A stretch of DNA of 64,000 bases. Source: an uncultured Nitrospinota bacterium (lineage in GTDB: Bacteria > Tectomicrobia > Entotheonellia > J063 > CAVPRW01). Made by a program: the position numbers and the translations under genes. The DNA lies in NCBI GenBank assembly GCA_963707985.1, contig CAVPRW010000023.1, forward strand, positions 128,001 through 192,000. The letters run 5' to 3'. A model generated the notes under the pieces. The model ran no database searches, was not told where the DNA came from, and saw nothing but the letters and a program-made list of their open reading frames with translations. Shown here piece by piece: positions 32,008 through 42,228 of this stretch. Positions within the stretch are counted from its first letter, which is position 1, and each line of letters opens with the position of its first letter.

Positions 32008-33440
32008 GTGCACAAACGAGCCAATTCCTTGCAGACGTCCCCGCATGCCGAGTTACTCATAACCCAAGCGGCCAACGCTACAGCTGATGTCCCCTTGCCT
32101 CGGATTGCGCCACTGAAGCCGACTCCCGTGTACGACACTTACTGGCGATTTGCAGCGGAGCGCCAGGAAATCTTTTCGGCAGGTTGGTCACGCCGCTAAG
32201 TCCAGTGCCTGGCCTTCCGCCCGCTCCGGCACCGGCGCAGAGGTGCCATAGAGGCGTTGATGTTGCTGTTGCCGATGAAACGGCCAATAGCGATCCCAGT
32301 GCCCGTTGAGCCGCACGGCCCGCAGGTCGAGCACCGCCTGCGCCCCAGCTTTCCTCCAACGCATCCCGGACTGCTCCATGCGATCCTTCACCAGATGCCC
32401 ACAGGCGCCTTCCACCACGCCTGTCCCGATCGGCCAACCACACGCCAGATATTCGTCGTCGTGCATGTACGGCCGGTTGCGTTGGTAGTAGCCTACCGTC
32501 CGCCGCACCGCCTGCCGTTGCGTCCCCGTCCAGATGGGGTCCTTCCCTTCGGCCTCCAACGCCGTGATGACCGCGTCGGTCTCGCCTGCCAGCAGCGCCT
32601 CCAGGTACGCGCGGACCCAGACCACACGCTGCGGATGGGTCTCCCCCAGCAGGGCGTTGGCGGTGTCCCACAGATACTCGGTGGCGTGGATGATGTCGAG
32701 CACCAGGGTGTGCTCCGGAACGTGGCTCAGCAACTGCTGTTGCAGCGCCTCGGCGCCATCCGTGAGCGCCACGCGCTGCTGGAGGTGGGGCCCCTCGCGC
32801 TGGGCCACCCGCTGGGCCAGCTGGCGCATGGCCACCGCTTTCCCCGCCAGGGTGGCCCGCAGTTCTTTGCCCTCGGGCCGCGGGCGAGCCGCGGGCGCCG
32901 GGCCCCCGGGCTCCTGCAACAGGGCCCCCACCACCTCCTGCGGTGTGCGAGGATACGGGGCAATTGTGTACAGGCCGGTGACGACGGCCTCCTTCTTCTT
33001 GCCGCGCTTCTGCCCCTTGCCCAAGCGCACGGGTGGCGTGGGGGTGGGAGGCTGCACCATCGGCACCCCTTTGCCATCAGCTGGCACGACCAGGATCGTG
33101 CCAGCAGGGACGGCGGCCGTGGGGTCGGCCGGCTGTTCGTAGAAGGGCGTCACATCCGCTCCCGCCTCGGTGGCACAGGTCTCGAGGGCTTGCACGCTGA
33201 GCGAGAGCCCCAGGATGCGTTCCAGTATCGTTTGACTCTCGCGGTAGGACTCGTCGGTTCCGTCGAATCGAGGGCGAGTTGCCGCCCTGGACCGCTGATA
33301 CAGTCCTGTGTACCTACAAATTTACGAATGCCTATCGAGCATCCGACCGCGTCAGTCAGTTCCTCATTCGTCACGTGATCTCTAGGAACGATTTGCCGGA
33401 CACACGCGAGGAAATGTTCTTCCGCGTCTTGTTATATAAG
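32008..33440 (+). pseudogene. aGPT-Pplase1-type (alpha-glutamyl/putrescinyl thymine pyrophosphorylase clade 1, 5-hmdU kinase-associated) DNA-modification gene, split by an insertion and 3' truncated
   Basis: VYDTYWRFAAERQEIF (to 32177) plus FRRIEGELPPWTADTVLCTYKFTNAYRASDRVSQFLIRHVI..FRVLLYK (from 33258). Confidence 0.75.
32178..33257 (-). mobile_element. ISKra4-family transposase fragment (5' truncated, no terminal repeats seen)
   Basis: ADGKGVPM, LTDGA, LDIIHATEYLW, GWPIGTGVVEGACGHLVKDRMEQSGMRW. Confidence 0.85.
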
Positions 33441-33669
33441 AGACAGTTTCAATATTTATTAGTTAGCATAATGCCCGGGTCGATACAGTAGGCGAAAGTG
33501 ATGCCAGCCACCACATGGTTCCATGACCGTATCGCGAATCCCCTCCCTCAACAGGCGGATCTGGTCTGTGACGCTACGGAAGCGTGTCACCCCACCCATG
33601 GCGTGTTCCAGACGGATCCGGATGGACGAAATCCGACGATGGTGGACTTTCGCAGGCGGGGGGAGTTCA
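33437..33669 (-). mobile_element. 3' remnant of an IS5-family (ISL2-like, DDE_Tnp_4) transposase with its right end
   Basis: RRISSIRIRLEHAMGGV.RFR..D.VME.C.G.HHFRL. Confidence 0.65.
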
Positions 33670-34718
33670 CCATAGGCGCGCACTTAAGCGCTTCAATAAT
33701 GCAACGAGGACCAGCATAGCCATGTCTGTCAGATGATGGTGGCCACACCATCACCCTCTTCCGGAGGTGTCTCTGCTGCTCTTGCCGCATCATCCCGACC
33801 GTGCCGTCGAAGCACGATTGGCGCGTGTGGAGGACACGTGGACGACCGAGGTGGTGCCGCGCGTGCCCGTGGACCTCGCCGCGCCGGCTCGCACCCTGAA
33901 AGCCTTCCAGCGCGTCCGTCGTCTGGCCACGCCGTACGAGCGGCTCCGGGCCGTGCTCGCGTCTGTCCTGGGCCCCTGGTCTCTGCGCCGCCTGGGGGCG
34001 TGGGCGGTGCTGATCGGGCTCGCGGATCGCTCCGAGGCCGCCTGGCGCAAACGGCTGCGGGCCTGTCGTCCCTGGTGACGCTGGCTCCTCAGTGAACTGG
34101 TGGCGACCCCGCGGGTTGTGGACCCGCCGCCCCCTCAGGCCCTGGGGCGTGTGCTCCTGGTGGATGCCAGCAGGCTCCGGCAGCCCGGCGGCACCGGGGA
34201 TGACTGGCGGCGACATCTGGCCGATGACTTCACCGCTGGCCGGCTCGGGCCGGTACGGGTGACGGACCGGTACGGGGGCGCACAGCCTCGTGTGCAAACG
34301 GATGAAACAACGGCTCCGGCTCAATCAGATCCGGAGCACGCACCTCGCGAGTGTCGAAGCCACCGTGCGGGCGTGGCTCATCGCCTGGGCCTGGCCAGAA
34401 AGGGCCATGGCGACCATCCGCGCCCACCTGCCTACCGGTGCGCTGACTGCTCCTACGCCGCTCAGCAGTTGGTTCCTGACGGGGCTGGGACTCGATACCT
34501 TGCGGCAGCAAGTCCATGGCACGTGGTCACAGGCCCGGTTACACGCCTGCCTCCCCCGCTTGCGCCGCTTTATGGTGCTCAACCCCCGCCGCCGGGAGCA
34601 TCAGGAAACGCGGGTGCGGGCCTGGCTCCTCGGTCGCGTCCTCGTCTGCCCCTCCAACGAGCAGGAGGCAGCATAAGGGAGGCGCCATGGAGAAAAAGCC
34701 TAAAGTACGCGCCTATGG
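33670..34718 (+). mobile_element. Degenerate, internally deleted IS4-like element with terminal inverted repeats
   Basis: IRs CCATAGGCGCGCACTTAAG and (reverse complement) CCATAGGCGCGTACTTTAG; decayed transposase ([11 protein letters not shown].., LLVDASRLRQPGGTGDDWR.H, KRMKQ.LRL). Confidence 0.75.
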
Positions 34719-35033
34719 GATTCCTCCCCCCTCAGTCCTCCACGAGGACGCCCCGCAGATCTCCCGCGGTAAGCCGTCATACCATCTGTGCATAAGCGCC
34801 CGATTTATAAAGCACAGCCAGTCTGGATGGAGGGCTTTGCTGTCGCGTGCCAGCTCGCCCCGACGGTACCACACCTCGTATCCGGTTCGTGTCCCTCGCC
34901 CCCTCACGTTCGTTTCACGCTGCCTTCAGACCCCACCTCGCGGTGACGCCCTGGCGCTTCCCTTGTCCTTCGGCTCCACGCACACCTGGACAGGGGACTT
35001 GCACCCCCGAGCATGACAGCATGCACGGCACAC
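34719..35033 (-). ncRNA. 5' portion (domain I) of a group IIC intron, truncated by the IS4-like element
   Basis: Starts GTGTGCCGTGCATG..GGGTGCAAGTCCC..GGCGTCACCGCGAGGTGGGGTCTGAAGGCAGCG..ACGAACC..CAAAGCCC..CTTACCGCGGGAGATCTG, the class C domain I pattern. Confidence 0.8.
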
Positions 35034-35087
35034 ACGCCAGGCCTGAGCCACGCGGGTTACCGCGTCGGCTCCAGGCCCTGGTTAGGG
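35034..35087 (-). other. attC site interrupted in R' by the group IIC intron
   Basis: CCCTAAC-cagggc-CTGGAGCCGAC-gcggtaacccgcgt-GGCTCAG-gcctggc-GT|intron. Confidence 0.85.
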
Positions 35088-35106
35088 GCCGTTCCGCTCC
35101 CGTAGG

Positions 35107-35490
35107 CTACGGCATATGTTCCGACCATTGCTGCCGCGGACCATCCAACAGCACCATCACATGGTTGAGAATGTCTCGACCCAAAATGCCGGGCTCTACC
35201 TCGGTCAACAGATACCGGCCCCGGAAGGCCCGCCGCAGAAAAAGCACGTCTAGCATTACGACGCGGGCAAAACTCCTACTCCCGTCAAAGCCCATCAGTT
35301 CATACTGCTCGTTAACCAGCAGCGGGACACCGAGCCGCTCGACCGCCATGCGTGGGAGTAAAGTGACGTCTGCCCCGGTGTCCAAGAGCAACTGCACGTC
35401 GGAGACCGTTGCTCCACTGTGCGGGTTGCGGAGCGTCACAGAGGCAACCGGTACTGGCGGATCGAAGTGCGACGCGTCATAGTTCGGCAT
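35107..35490 (-). CDS. Retropepsin-like aspartyl protease (cassette gene)
   Basis: LLDTGADVT and ILGRDILN motifs. Confidence 0.9.
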   Translation of the reverse strand: MPNYDASHFDPPVPVASVTLRNPHSGATVSDVQLLLDTGADVTLLPRMAVERLGVPLLVNEQYELMGFDGSRSFARVVMLDVLFLRRAFRGRYLLTEVEPGILGRDILNHVMVLLDGPRQQWSEHMP

Positions 35491-35692
35491 CAGCGGAGAC
35501 CTCGATGATCTGCTTGGCGAAGTCGGCGGCTTGTTCCGGATGCACGAGGCGTGGACTGTAGACGTGTGCCTGCGGCGTGGTCTTAATATCAGGAATGACC
35601 ACATAGACTTTGGTGTGTTCGGGTAGCGTCACGTTATCGGGGAGCCGGATCTGGCCGTTTTCGACAATGCCTTCGACCGTGAGGATAGCCAT
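35477..35692 (-). CDS. DUF104/AF2212-like small antitoxin-type protein (cassette gene)
   Basis: TVEGIVENGQIRLPDNVTLPEHTKVYVVI; overlaps the protease gene. Confidence 0.75.
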   Translation of the reverse strand: MAILTVEGIVENGQIRLPDNVTLPEHTKVYVVIPDIKTTPQAHVYSPRLVHPEQAADFAKQIIEVSADAEL

Positions 35693-35858
35693 ATTACACC
35701 TCTAGCTCTATGGCACACAGCGTCTTTAGATAGGCACAAAAATACCGTGAGTGATGGTAGACCATCTGTGCAAGTGGCCGTAAGTATATACCACCCCAAG
35801 CGAATATGATATTCCTACACGCCTCCATTTGGTCTCTGCCCGCTGACCTTGGTCAGGC

Positions 35859-35928
35859 CCCTAACGGGGCGCGAGATGAGCTGCACCCCGCGCGCAGCGA
35901 GGATGTCAGCTCCATCGAGTGGTTGAAC
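35859..35928 (-). other. attC site whose R'' box is the insertion point of the recombinase/IS91 element
   Basis: ..AAC-cactcg-ATGGAGCTGAC-..-GCAGCTCAT-ctcgcgcccc-GTTAGGG. R' GTTAGGGGCC matches R'' GGCCCCTAAC at 35081-35090. Confidence 0.85.
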
Positions 35929-37764
35929 TAAGCGCTCCGCGCAGGTTTTCGTCTCGCCTCCATCCAAGCCAGCCATGAAGGGGGCTCCATCCGTTAGATT
36001 CAGGCAGACTCGACCTCCTGTACGTCTCCATCCATCCACCCTCACACACAGGAGGTCGAGCCATGACGCCACTGCGCCAACGGATGATTGAAGACCGGCA
36101 ACTGAGAGGCCTGTCCGAACGGACCCAGGAGAGGTAGGTCAGGGCCGTCCGGCAACTGGCGGACCATGACCACAAGTCCCCCGACCGCCTCACGGAAGAA
36201 ACACTCCGTGGCTCGTTCCTCTCTCTCAAGCACGTCACGCACGACGCGCGCAGCGCGAGTACCATCGCCCTGTGCGGCCGCAAGTTTTTCTCTGAGCACA
36301 CGTTGCAGCACGCATGGACCACGCTGACCTTCGTCAGCCCCCACGCGCAACGACACTCCCGGTCCTCCTCAGTCTCGAAGAGGTCCGCACCATGCTGGCG
36401 CACCTCACACGGCCTCGCCATCGCGTGTGTCTCACCCCCATCTCCTCACCCGGTGTGGATCTTCCCAGCTCCAGGCCGGGCAGGCACGGGCCTGTCAACG
36501 GCTACCCGTAGAGCTCCCATGCCTGTCAGAACCGCCACTGTCCCAACTGCCAGAACGGTTCCGCCCATGCGTGGCTCCCGCGGCAACAGGATCTCCTCCG
36601 GCCCGTCCCGCCTTTTCTGGTCACCTGCACCGGGCCCGATGCGCTTCGGGAACTGGCCCGCAGCCACCAGCAGCTCTTCTCCAACATCCGTTGCCGCGCC
36701 TCCGCCCAGGCCCTCCAAAACCTCCCCTTGGATCCACGCGTTGTCGGGGGCAAGATCGGGAGGGTCGGGGGCTTGCACCCCTGGACGCGTGCCCTGCACG
36801 ATCATCCCCCTGTGCACTCCCTGGTGCCCGCAGGCGGGCTTGCTTCCGATGGCGCTCAGTGGCTCCCGTCCCGGGCAACTTTCCTGGTGCCGGTTAAGGC
36901 GCTTGCCCTCCTGTGGCGTGCCCAAGGGCGCGATGCGTGGCGCAAGACCCCCGTGTTTGACCTTGGCCCCAACGCTCTCTGGGCACAGGACTGGGTGGTG
37001 CATGGTGCACCGGTCGGCCGTGGATCGCACGCCTGGCACGATCGGGCTCCGTACAGCTTTCGGGTGGCGATCCGCACTCATCGTCTCCTCACGCGCGCAG
37101 ATGGCCAGGTCACCTGCCAATATCAAGACTCCCAGACCGGGGCCATCCAGGTCTGCACGGTCACGGCCGAGGCATGCATCCGCCGGTTCCTGCCACACGT
37201 CCTTCCTGCCCACTTCGTCACGGTCCGCTCTGACGGCCTGTTTGGCCCTGGCAACCGCGCCGCACGGAAAAACACCAGGCCGCTCTTGGGGGGTGAGCGT
37301 CGCGACGGACACGCAGCCGGGCATGCCCCCGCTTCCCCACCGCCAGAGACGGCCCTTCGCTGCCCCAAGTGCGCAAGCGTGAGGCCACTCCTCGACACGT
37401 TGCGCCCCAACGGTTGGTTCCCCCTCAAGCCTGGCCCCTGAAATTGGCCGAGCGCATGTTCGTTGATGCCGACGCTTCAAATTTCTACAGCGTCCAGGGA
37501 GTCGCCTGGCCTGATGCCCTGAAGACGCGTTTCTCAGAGTCTTGAGCACGGGATCGCACCGGACAGGAGACCTTCTTGACCCCCCAAAACTGCCGGTATT
37601 CCCCGGCCTTTGCTGCCAATCGTCCCCTTGAAGTCAGATACGAGGCTTCGCTTCCCCTGCTGCCGCCCGGCTTACATTCCCCACGCAGAAGCTCGCCTGC
37701 AGTCCAAAGGCTTGTTCAACCCAGCATGGTGTGGTGGCTTCGCACCCCACGAATTCTTAATTCG
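35923..37764 (+). mobile_element. Degenerate element with a tyrosine recombinase (from 36063) and an IS91-family Y2 transposase (to 37441), internally deleted
   Basis: MTPLRQRMIED.QLRGLSERTQE.*VRAVRQLA..SPDRLTEE..; SCQNRHCPNCQ; LHPWTRALHDHPPVHSLVPAGG; FLPHVLP.HFV.VR.DGL. Ends GTTGAAC and GTTCAAC-hairpin-GTT. Confidence 0.85.
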
Positions 37765-37798
37765 TTCGGCGCGTCGGCTCACCTCACACTTGCCTCTT

Positions 37799-38044
37799 TT
37801 AGCGCTCCACGTCTTCCATTTTGACCCCGCGCCCGGACTGCAGGCTTTGCCGGGCGGCTTCGATCCGCCGGAGAAACCGAGGATCATGCTCTAAGCGGTA
37901 CTCAAACCAATCTTCCTCTGATTTAAACCCAATCAGGATCCCCGCCGGCTTGCCGTGGCGCGTGATCACGATAGGTTCCTCTTCGGCCTGACGGAGGTAT
38001 CGCGACAAATCGTCTTTGACTTCAGAGAGGGCTATTTCCTTCAT
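37799..38044 (-). CDS. Phd/YefM family antitoxin
   Basis: MKEIALSEVKDDLSRYLRQAEEEPIVITRHGKPAGILIG. Confidence 0.93.
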   Translation of the reverse strand: MKEIALSEVKDDLSRYLRQAEEEPIVITRHGKPAGILIGFKSEEDWFEYRLEHDPRFLRRIEAARQSLQSGRGVKMEDVER

Positions 38045-38342
38045 TGGCTTCTCCTGCCTGGTCAAGCCAGGCGGCAGCCTGGGATTTGGGCACAATCGCC
38101 AAAATCTCAACCGCGGCTTCGGTCACGTCATAAAAGACTCGCAGTTCACCGACGCGCAAGCGAAATTGTGGCTGAGACAGGCCCCGAAGGGGCTTGATGC
38201 GGCTCTTGCTGGTCTTGGTCGGGGTATAACGCAAGTGCGTTTCGAGGGCGTCGCGCACCGCAGAGCGGAGGTTCGCCCTCAAGCGGCGCAAGTCTTCGAT
38301 GGCTGCGGGTGCAAGGATGATCTCGAAGCGCAGTCTGGCCAT
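38022..38342 (-). CDS. RelE/ParE family toxin
   Basis: FEIILAPAAIEDLRRL..IKPLRGLSQPQFRLRVGELRVFYDV. Confidence 0.92.
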   Translation of the reverse strand: MARLRFEIILAPAAIEDLRRLRANLRSAVRDALETHLRYTPTKTSKSRIKPLRGLSQPQFRLRVGELRVFYDVTEAAVEILAIVPKSQAAAWLDQAGEANEGNSPL

Positions 38343-38390
38343 ACTATAGCCAGAATTTGGATCGCCCTCAAGTAGGGATGTAGATAGGCG

Positions 38391-39251
38391 ATCGGGATAG
38401 AAACTGGGCGCGCAGCACTGTAGGAGGGGAGTGACCGACATCCGCCCTTTCGGTTACGGAGCGGGTCCTAATCCCTCCATAGTCTACGTTTCCCAGAGCC
38501 TCCCGATGATCCCGGACGGTCGGATTTCCCGAGTCCGGTTCGAGGCCACCACATCTCCGCGGTGCGCCTTCCTCTCGCTCGACAGGCTGAAGCCAATGGT
38601 CGGCATACACCCTGGGAGCGAAAGTTTGCGCACAGCCTAGCCACGGTGTTCGGCAGCGGTTTTCTCCCAGTGTCACCTGGACCCTGCGTCCTTGCCCGTC
38701 GCGTTGTGGGCCCACAGGCCCTTCGCTAGAGACGCACGACCTTCTCATGTTCGCTACTACGGCCTGATGTGCCAGTCCTGTTGCCTCCCAGCCACTGGGC
38801 ATGGCGGCTCGTGACTGGGTCTTTGCCGCTTGGACCACCCACGGCTGGTCAGCAGGACCTTCCCGACGTTATCTCTGCGCATCTTTCCCTGCGTGCTTGG
38901 ACCCCTACCCCGGCCGCCCTTGCGGTGCACGTACCCGTTTCTTCCCGCAAGACATCGGCCTTCCCCCGTTAGGACCAGGTCGGCGCTCAACAACGTTCCG
39001 TACAGCGACTTCAGTACGGAGCTGTATTTCGAGGCTGCAGTCATTCCCTCATGTTCAGGCCCGCAGGTTTGCTCGCCACCCAGGTCGCTCCTACCGCTAC
39101 GGCCTACGCCGTAGGGCAGCCGTGACTTTTCCATCCGAGCCTCTCGTGGTTCGTTACCTCCCCACGCCCCGGATATGCTAACCGTCCGAATCGGGCAATT
39201 GACGGTAGAGGACTTTCACCCCATCAGATGCGCAGCCTTGTCGGCTGCTCC
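38391..39251 (-). ncRNA. ORF-less group II-like intron (861 nt) with a non-canonical 5' end, inserted in an attC R' box
   Basis: 5' GGAGCAGCCGACAAGG..GGGGTGAAAGTCC. DV-like GAACCGGACTCGGGAAATCCGACCGTCCGGGATC (38541-38508). Long DVI ending ..TTTCTATCCCGAT. No RT motifs. Excision restores GTTCGG|CGC. Confidence 0.75.
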
Positions 39252-39315
39252 CCGAACGGTTGAGCTCAGGCCGCGGCCCGTCAGGGACGTCGTGCCTGGC
39301 GGGTAACCGCTGGGT
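39252..39315 (-). other. Right half of an attC site (minus-oriented array)
   Basis: ..gggccgcGGCCTGAGctcaacc-GTTCGG|; left arm missing. Confidence 0.6.
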
Positions 39316-39323
39316 CTACCCGG

Positions 39324-39389
39324 AACCTGACTGCCTACAGCCTTCGCTTCGCTCCAGCTTCCGGCGGCAGGTGAGCATAGGTGTTGGCC
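39324..39389 (+). other. attC site lacking R'' (plus-oriented array)
   Basis: ACCTGAC-tgcctacagccttcgcttcgctccagcttccggcg-GCAGGTGAG-cataggt-GTTGGCC. Confidence 0.65.
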
Positions 39390-39431
39390 TGACCCGCATG
39401 CGCGGGGGAGGTCGTGCAGGCGTCAGGGGTG

Positions 39432-40170
<739 letters not shown>

Positions 40171-40222
40171 CCGCTCCTGGGTCGCTCCGGCTATCGGCGG
40201 CACTTGAGGCACGGCGTTAAGG
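40171..40222 (+). other. Right half of an attC site
   Basis: cgctcc..cggcggcacttgaggcacggc-GTTAAGG. GTTAAGGCTCAAC is the exact reverse complement of GTTGAGCCTTAAC at 40646-40658. Confidence 0.75.
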
Positions 40223-40250
40223 CTCAACTAACAGTGCAGGAGGTTCGCAG

Positions 40251-40465
40251 GTGAAGGGGCATTACACGGCGCAGTACTGAAGCAGAAAGGCGACTGGTGG
40301 ATCGGCTGGATCGAAGAGGTGCCGGGGATGAATTGTCAGGAGCGGTCGAAAGAGCATCTCATCGAAACGCTCCGTATCACCCTGCGCGAAGCCCTCGAAT
40401 TCAACCGCCGAGAGGCACTCGACACTGTGGGGGAGAGTTATGAGGAGCAAGAAATCGCTCTATGA
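40251..40465 (+). pseudogene. hicB: HicB-family antitoxin (short form), frameshifted near the 5' end
   Basis: VKGHYTA/VLKQKGDWWIGWIEEVPGMNCQERSKEHLIETLRITLREALEFNR; not in the ORF track. Confidence 0.8.
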
Positions 40466-40650
40466 AGCGCCGGGAGTTGCTTCGGCATCTCTGAACTCAT
40501 GGATGTGAGCTGTTGGGGGAGGGATCCCGACACTTTTGGTAGTATAATCCCAGTATGAACAAGCATGCCGCTGTGCGTCGCCAAAACGACATTGACGGAG
40601 ATCTCGCACGAAAGATATGCCGCGACATCGGAGTACCTTGGATCCGTTGA
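40462..40650 (+). pseudogene. hicA: HicA-family toxin with two nonsense codons
   Basis: MKRRELLRHL*THGCELLGEGSRHFW*YNP..AVRRQNDIDGDLARKICRDIGVP. Confidence 0.8.
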
Positions 40651-40651
40651 G

Positions 40652-40763
40652 CCTTAACCACCCACTGCAGCGGATGGGGGCCAGCAGCACGTTGCGGCCC
40701 GGTGGCCCCGTCAGAGGTTAAGGGTAGATCCTCCCCCGCCGCTCAACTCGCGGCCCGTTGGGC
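40652..40763 (+). other. attC site (complete, 112 bp)
   Basis: CCTTAAC-caccca-CTGCAGCGGATGGGGG..CCCCCGCCGCTCAA-ctcgcggccc-GTTGGGC. Confidence 0.85.
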
Positions 40764-40794
40764 AGCGCCGCTGCAACAAGATAGGAGATGGAGC

Positions 40795-42187
40795 ATGCGA
40801 ACCTTTGCACAAAAGCAGAATCAACCTCAAAAGCCAGGATCGTCCATCCATGCTCGGTCTCACACGGCAACACCAGGGCTGCATCATCGCGCAGATCTGA
40901 TTCTGCACTGGCAACGCACGATGGGGAATCAAGCCGTGCAACGGATGTTGCAGACTCATGCTGAAGAACTCAAAGCCGGATTGACCGGTACGTCATCCCC
41001 TCACTTGGGGCACGATTTTAGCCGGATTCCCATACATCCTCCTGCAACAGGAGCGATACAAACGAAATTAGCGATCAACCAGCCGGGAGACGAATATGAG
41101 CAGGAAGCAGACCGCATCTCCGAACAGGTGATGCGGATGCCTGAGCCGCGACTCCAGCGCGCTTGCGCCTGCGGCGGAGCGTGCCCCAAGTGTCAGACGG
41201 AGCAACGCATGGCCCGAACATGAGCGTTTGCAGACGAAGCGCGTTGGCTCAGGCGACTGGGGACAGGCCGAAGTGCCGACGATCGTCCACGAAGTACTTC
41301 GCTCTCCTGGTCAACCCCTCGACTTGGCGACTCGCGCCTTTATGGAGCCGCGCTTCGGATACGACTTCAGCCGTGTGCGCGTGCATACGGATGAGAACGC
41401 AGAGATGTCGGCTCGGACGCTCAACGCTCATGCCTACACAGTTGGAAACAACATCGTTTTCGGCCTTGGGCGCTTCGATTCCACTGCCGCGGAGGGCCGC
41501 CGGCTGCTCGCGCACGAATTGACTCATGTCGTCCAGCAATCTGTGGGACACGCTCCACGAGCAGTAGCCCACAAACCAGCGGACGCAGAGAAGGACAGTA
41601 CGAAGGATGTGCCGAAGGCCGCGCCCAAGCCCCCAAAGTGCCATACAGGCTGCGCTCAGCGCTGGGGCCAGGACACGACCTGCTCGAAGTGGGGCTTTTT
41701 TCAAGGGGTAGCCGAACAGGGTGAGGGCAAGAAATGGAGATCATTCGACTGTTGCAATAGCTGGCCGCTCTCGGTTGAAGACTACGCCCGTACGCAGCTT
41801 GGTCTGAGTGGAGCAGCCTCGTGCACAGTTCAACACGAGCGGGAGATCGCTACCATCTCTTTCGGAGGAAATGAGGTCGAGGTCCTTTGCTCGGACACGA
41901 TCCCCAACAGCATGTTTGGGGAGAACACACGTGCAAGCGCTTGCTCGGGATCTATTGCAGCTGAGGTGATCGAAATGAGTCCGAAGGCCATGCAGGCCCT
42001 CTCCAGCCAACTCGCAAGCGCGCTGCATGTGAAAGTCTGCTATTCAGGATCAAAAGAGGATCTCTGTCTGCACAATGGACCGGGCGCGAGATCATTTCCG
42101 ACGATCCACCAGTGCCTCACCAAAGGATGTTCCCCCTGGGAGGGCACTCCAACAACCCACCAGGATTCGGGCTGGCCCCGAGTGTGA
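40795..42187 (+). CDS. DUF4157 (eCIS core) domain protein with a Cys-rich C-terminal domain; frameshift near 41210
   Basis: GNQAVQR, IQTKLAINQPGDEYEQEADR, GQPLD..RAFMEPRFGYDFSRVRVH..AYTVG..LLAHELTHVVQQ. Confidence 0.88.
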
Positions 42188-42228
42188 TCCGGCGTGACAG
42201 ATTAGGGATCATTGCTTGACTTGACGGG

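Noticed and set aside
36063..36440. Tyrosine recombinase as the integron integrase (intI) of the arrays
   Set aside because: It belongs to the IS91-linked element, is decayed and lacks its catalytic C-terminus; no attI or IntI-specific insertion can be seen.
38368..39181. ORFs inside the intron-like element as an intron-encoded protein
   Set aside because: They are short, have no RT (YADD) or maturase motifs, and overlap structured RNA domains.
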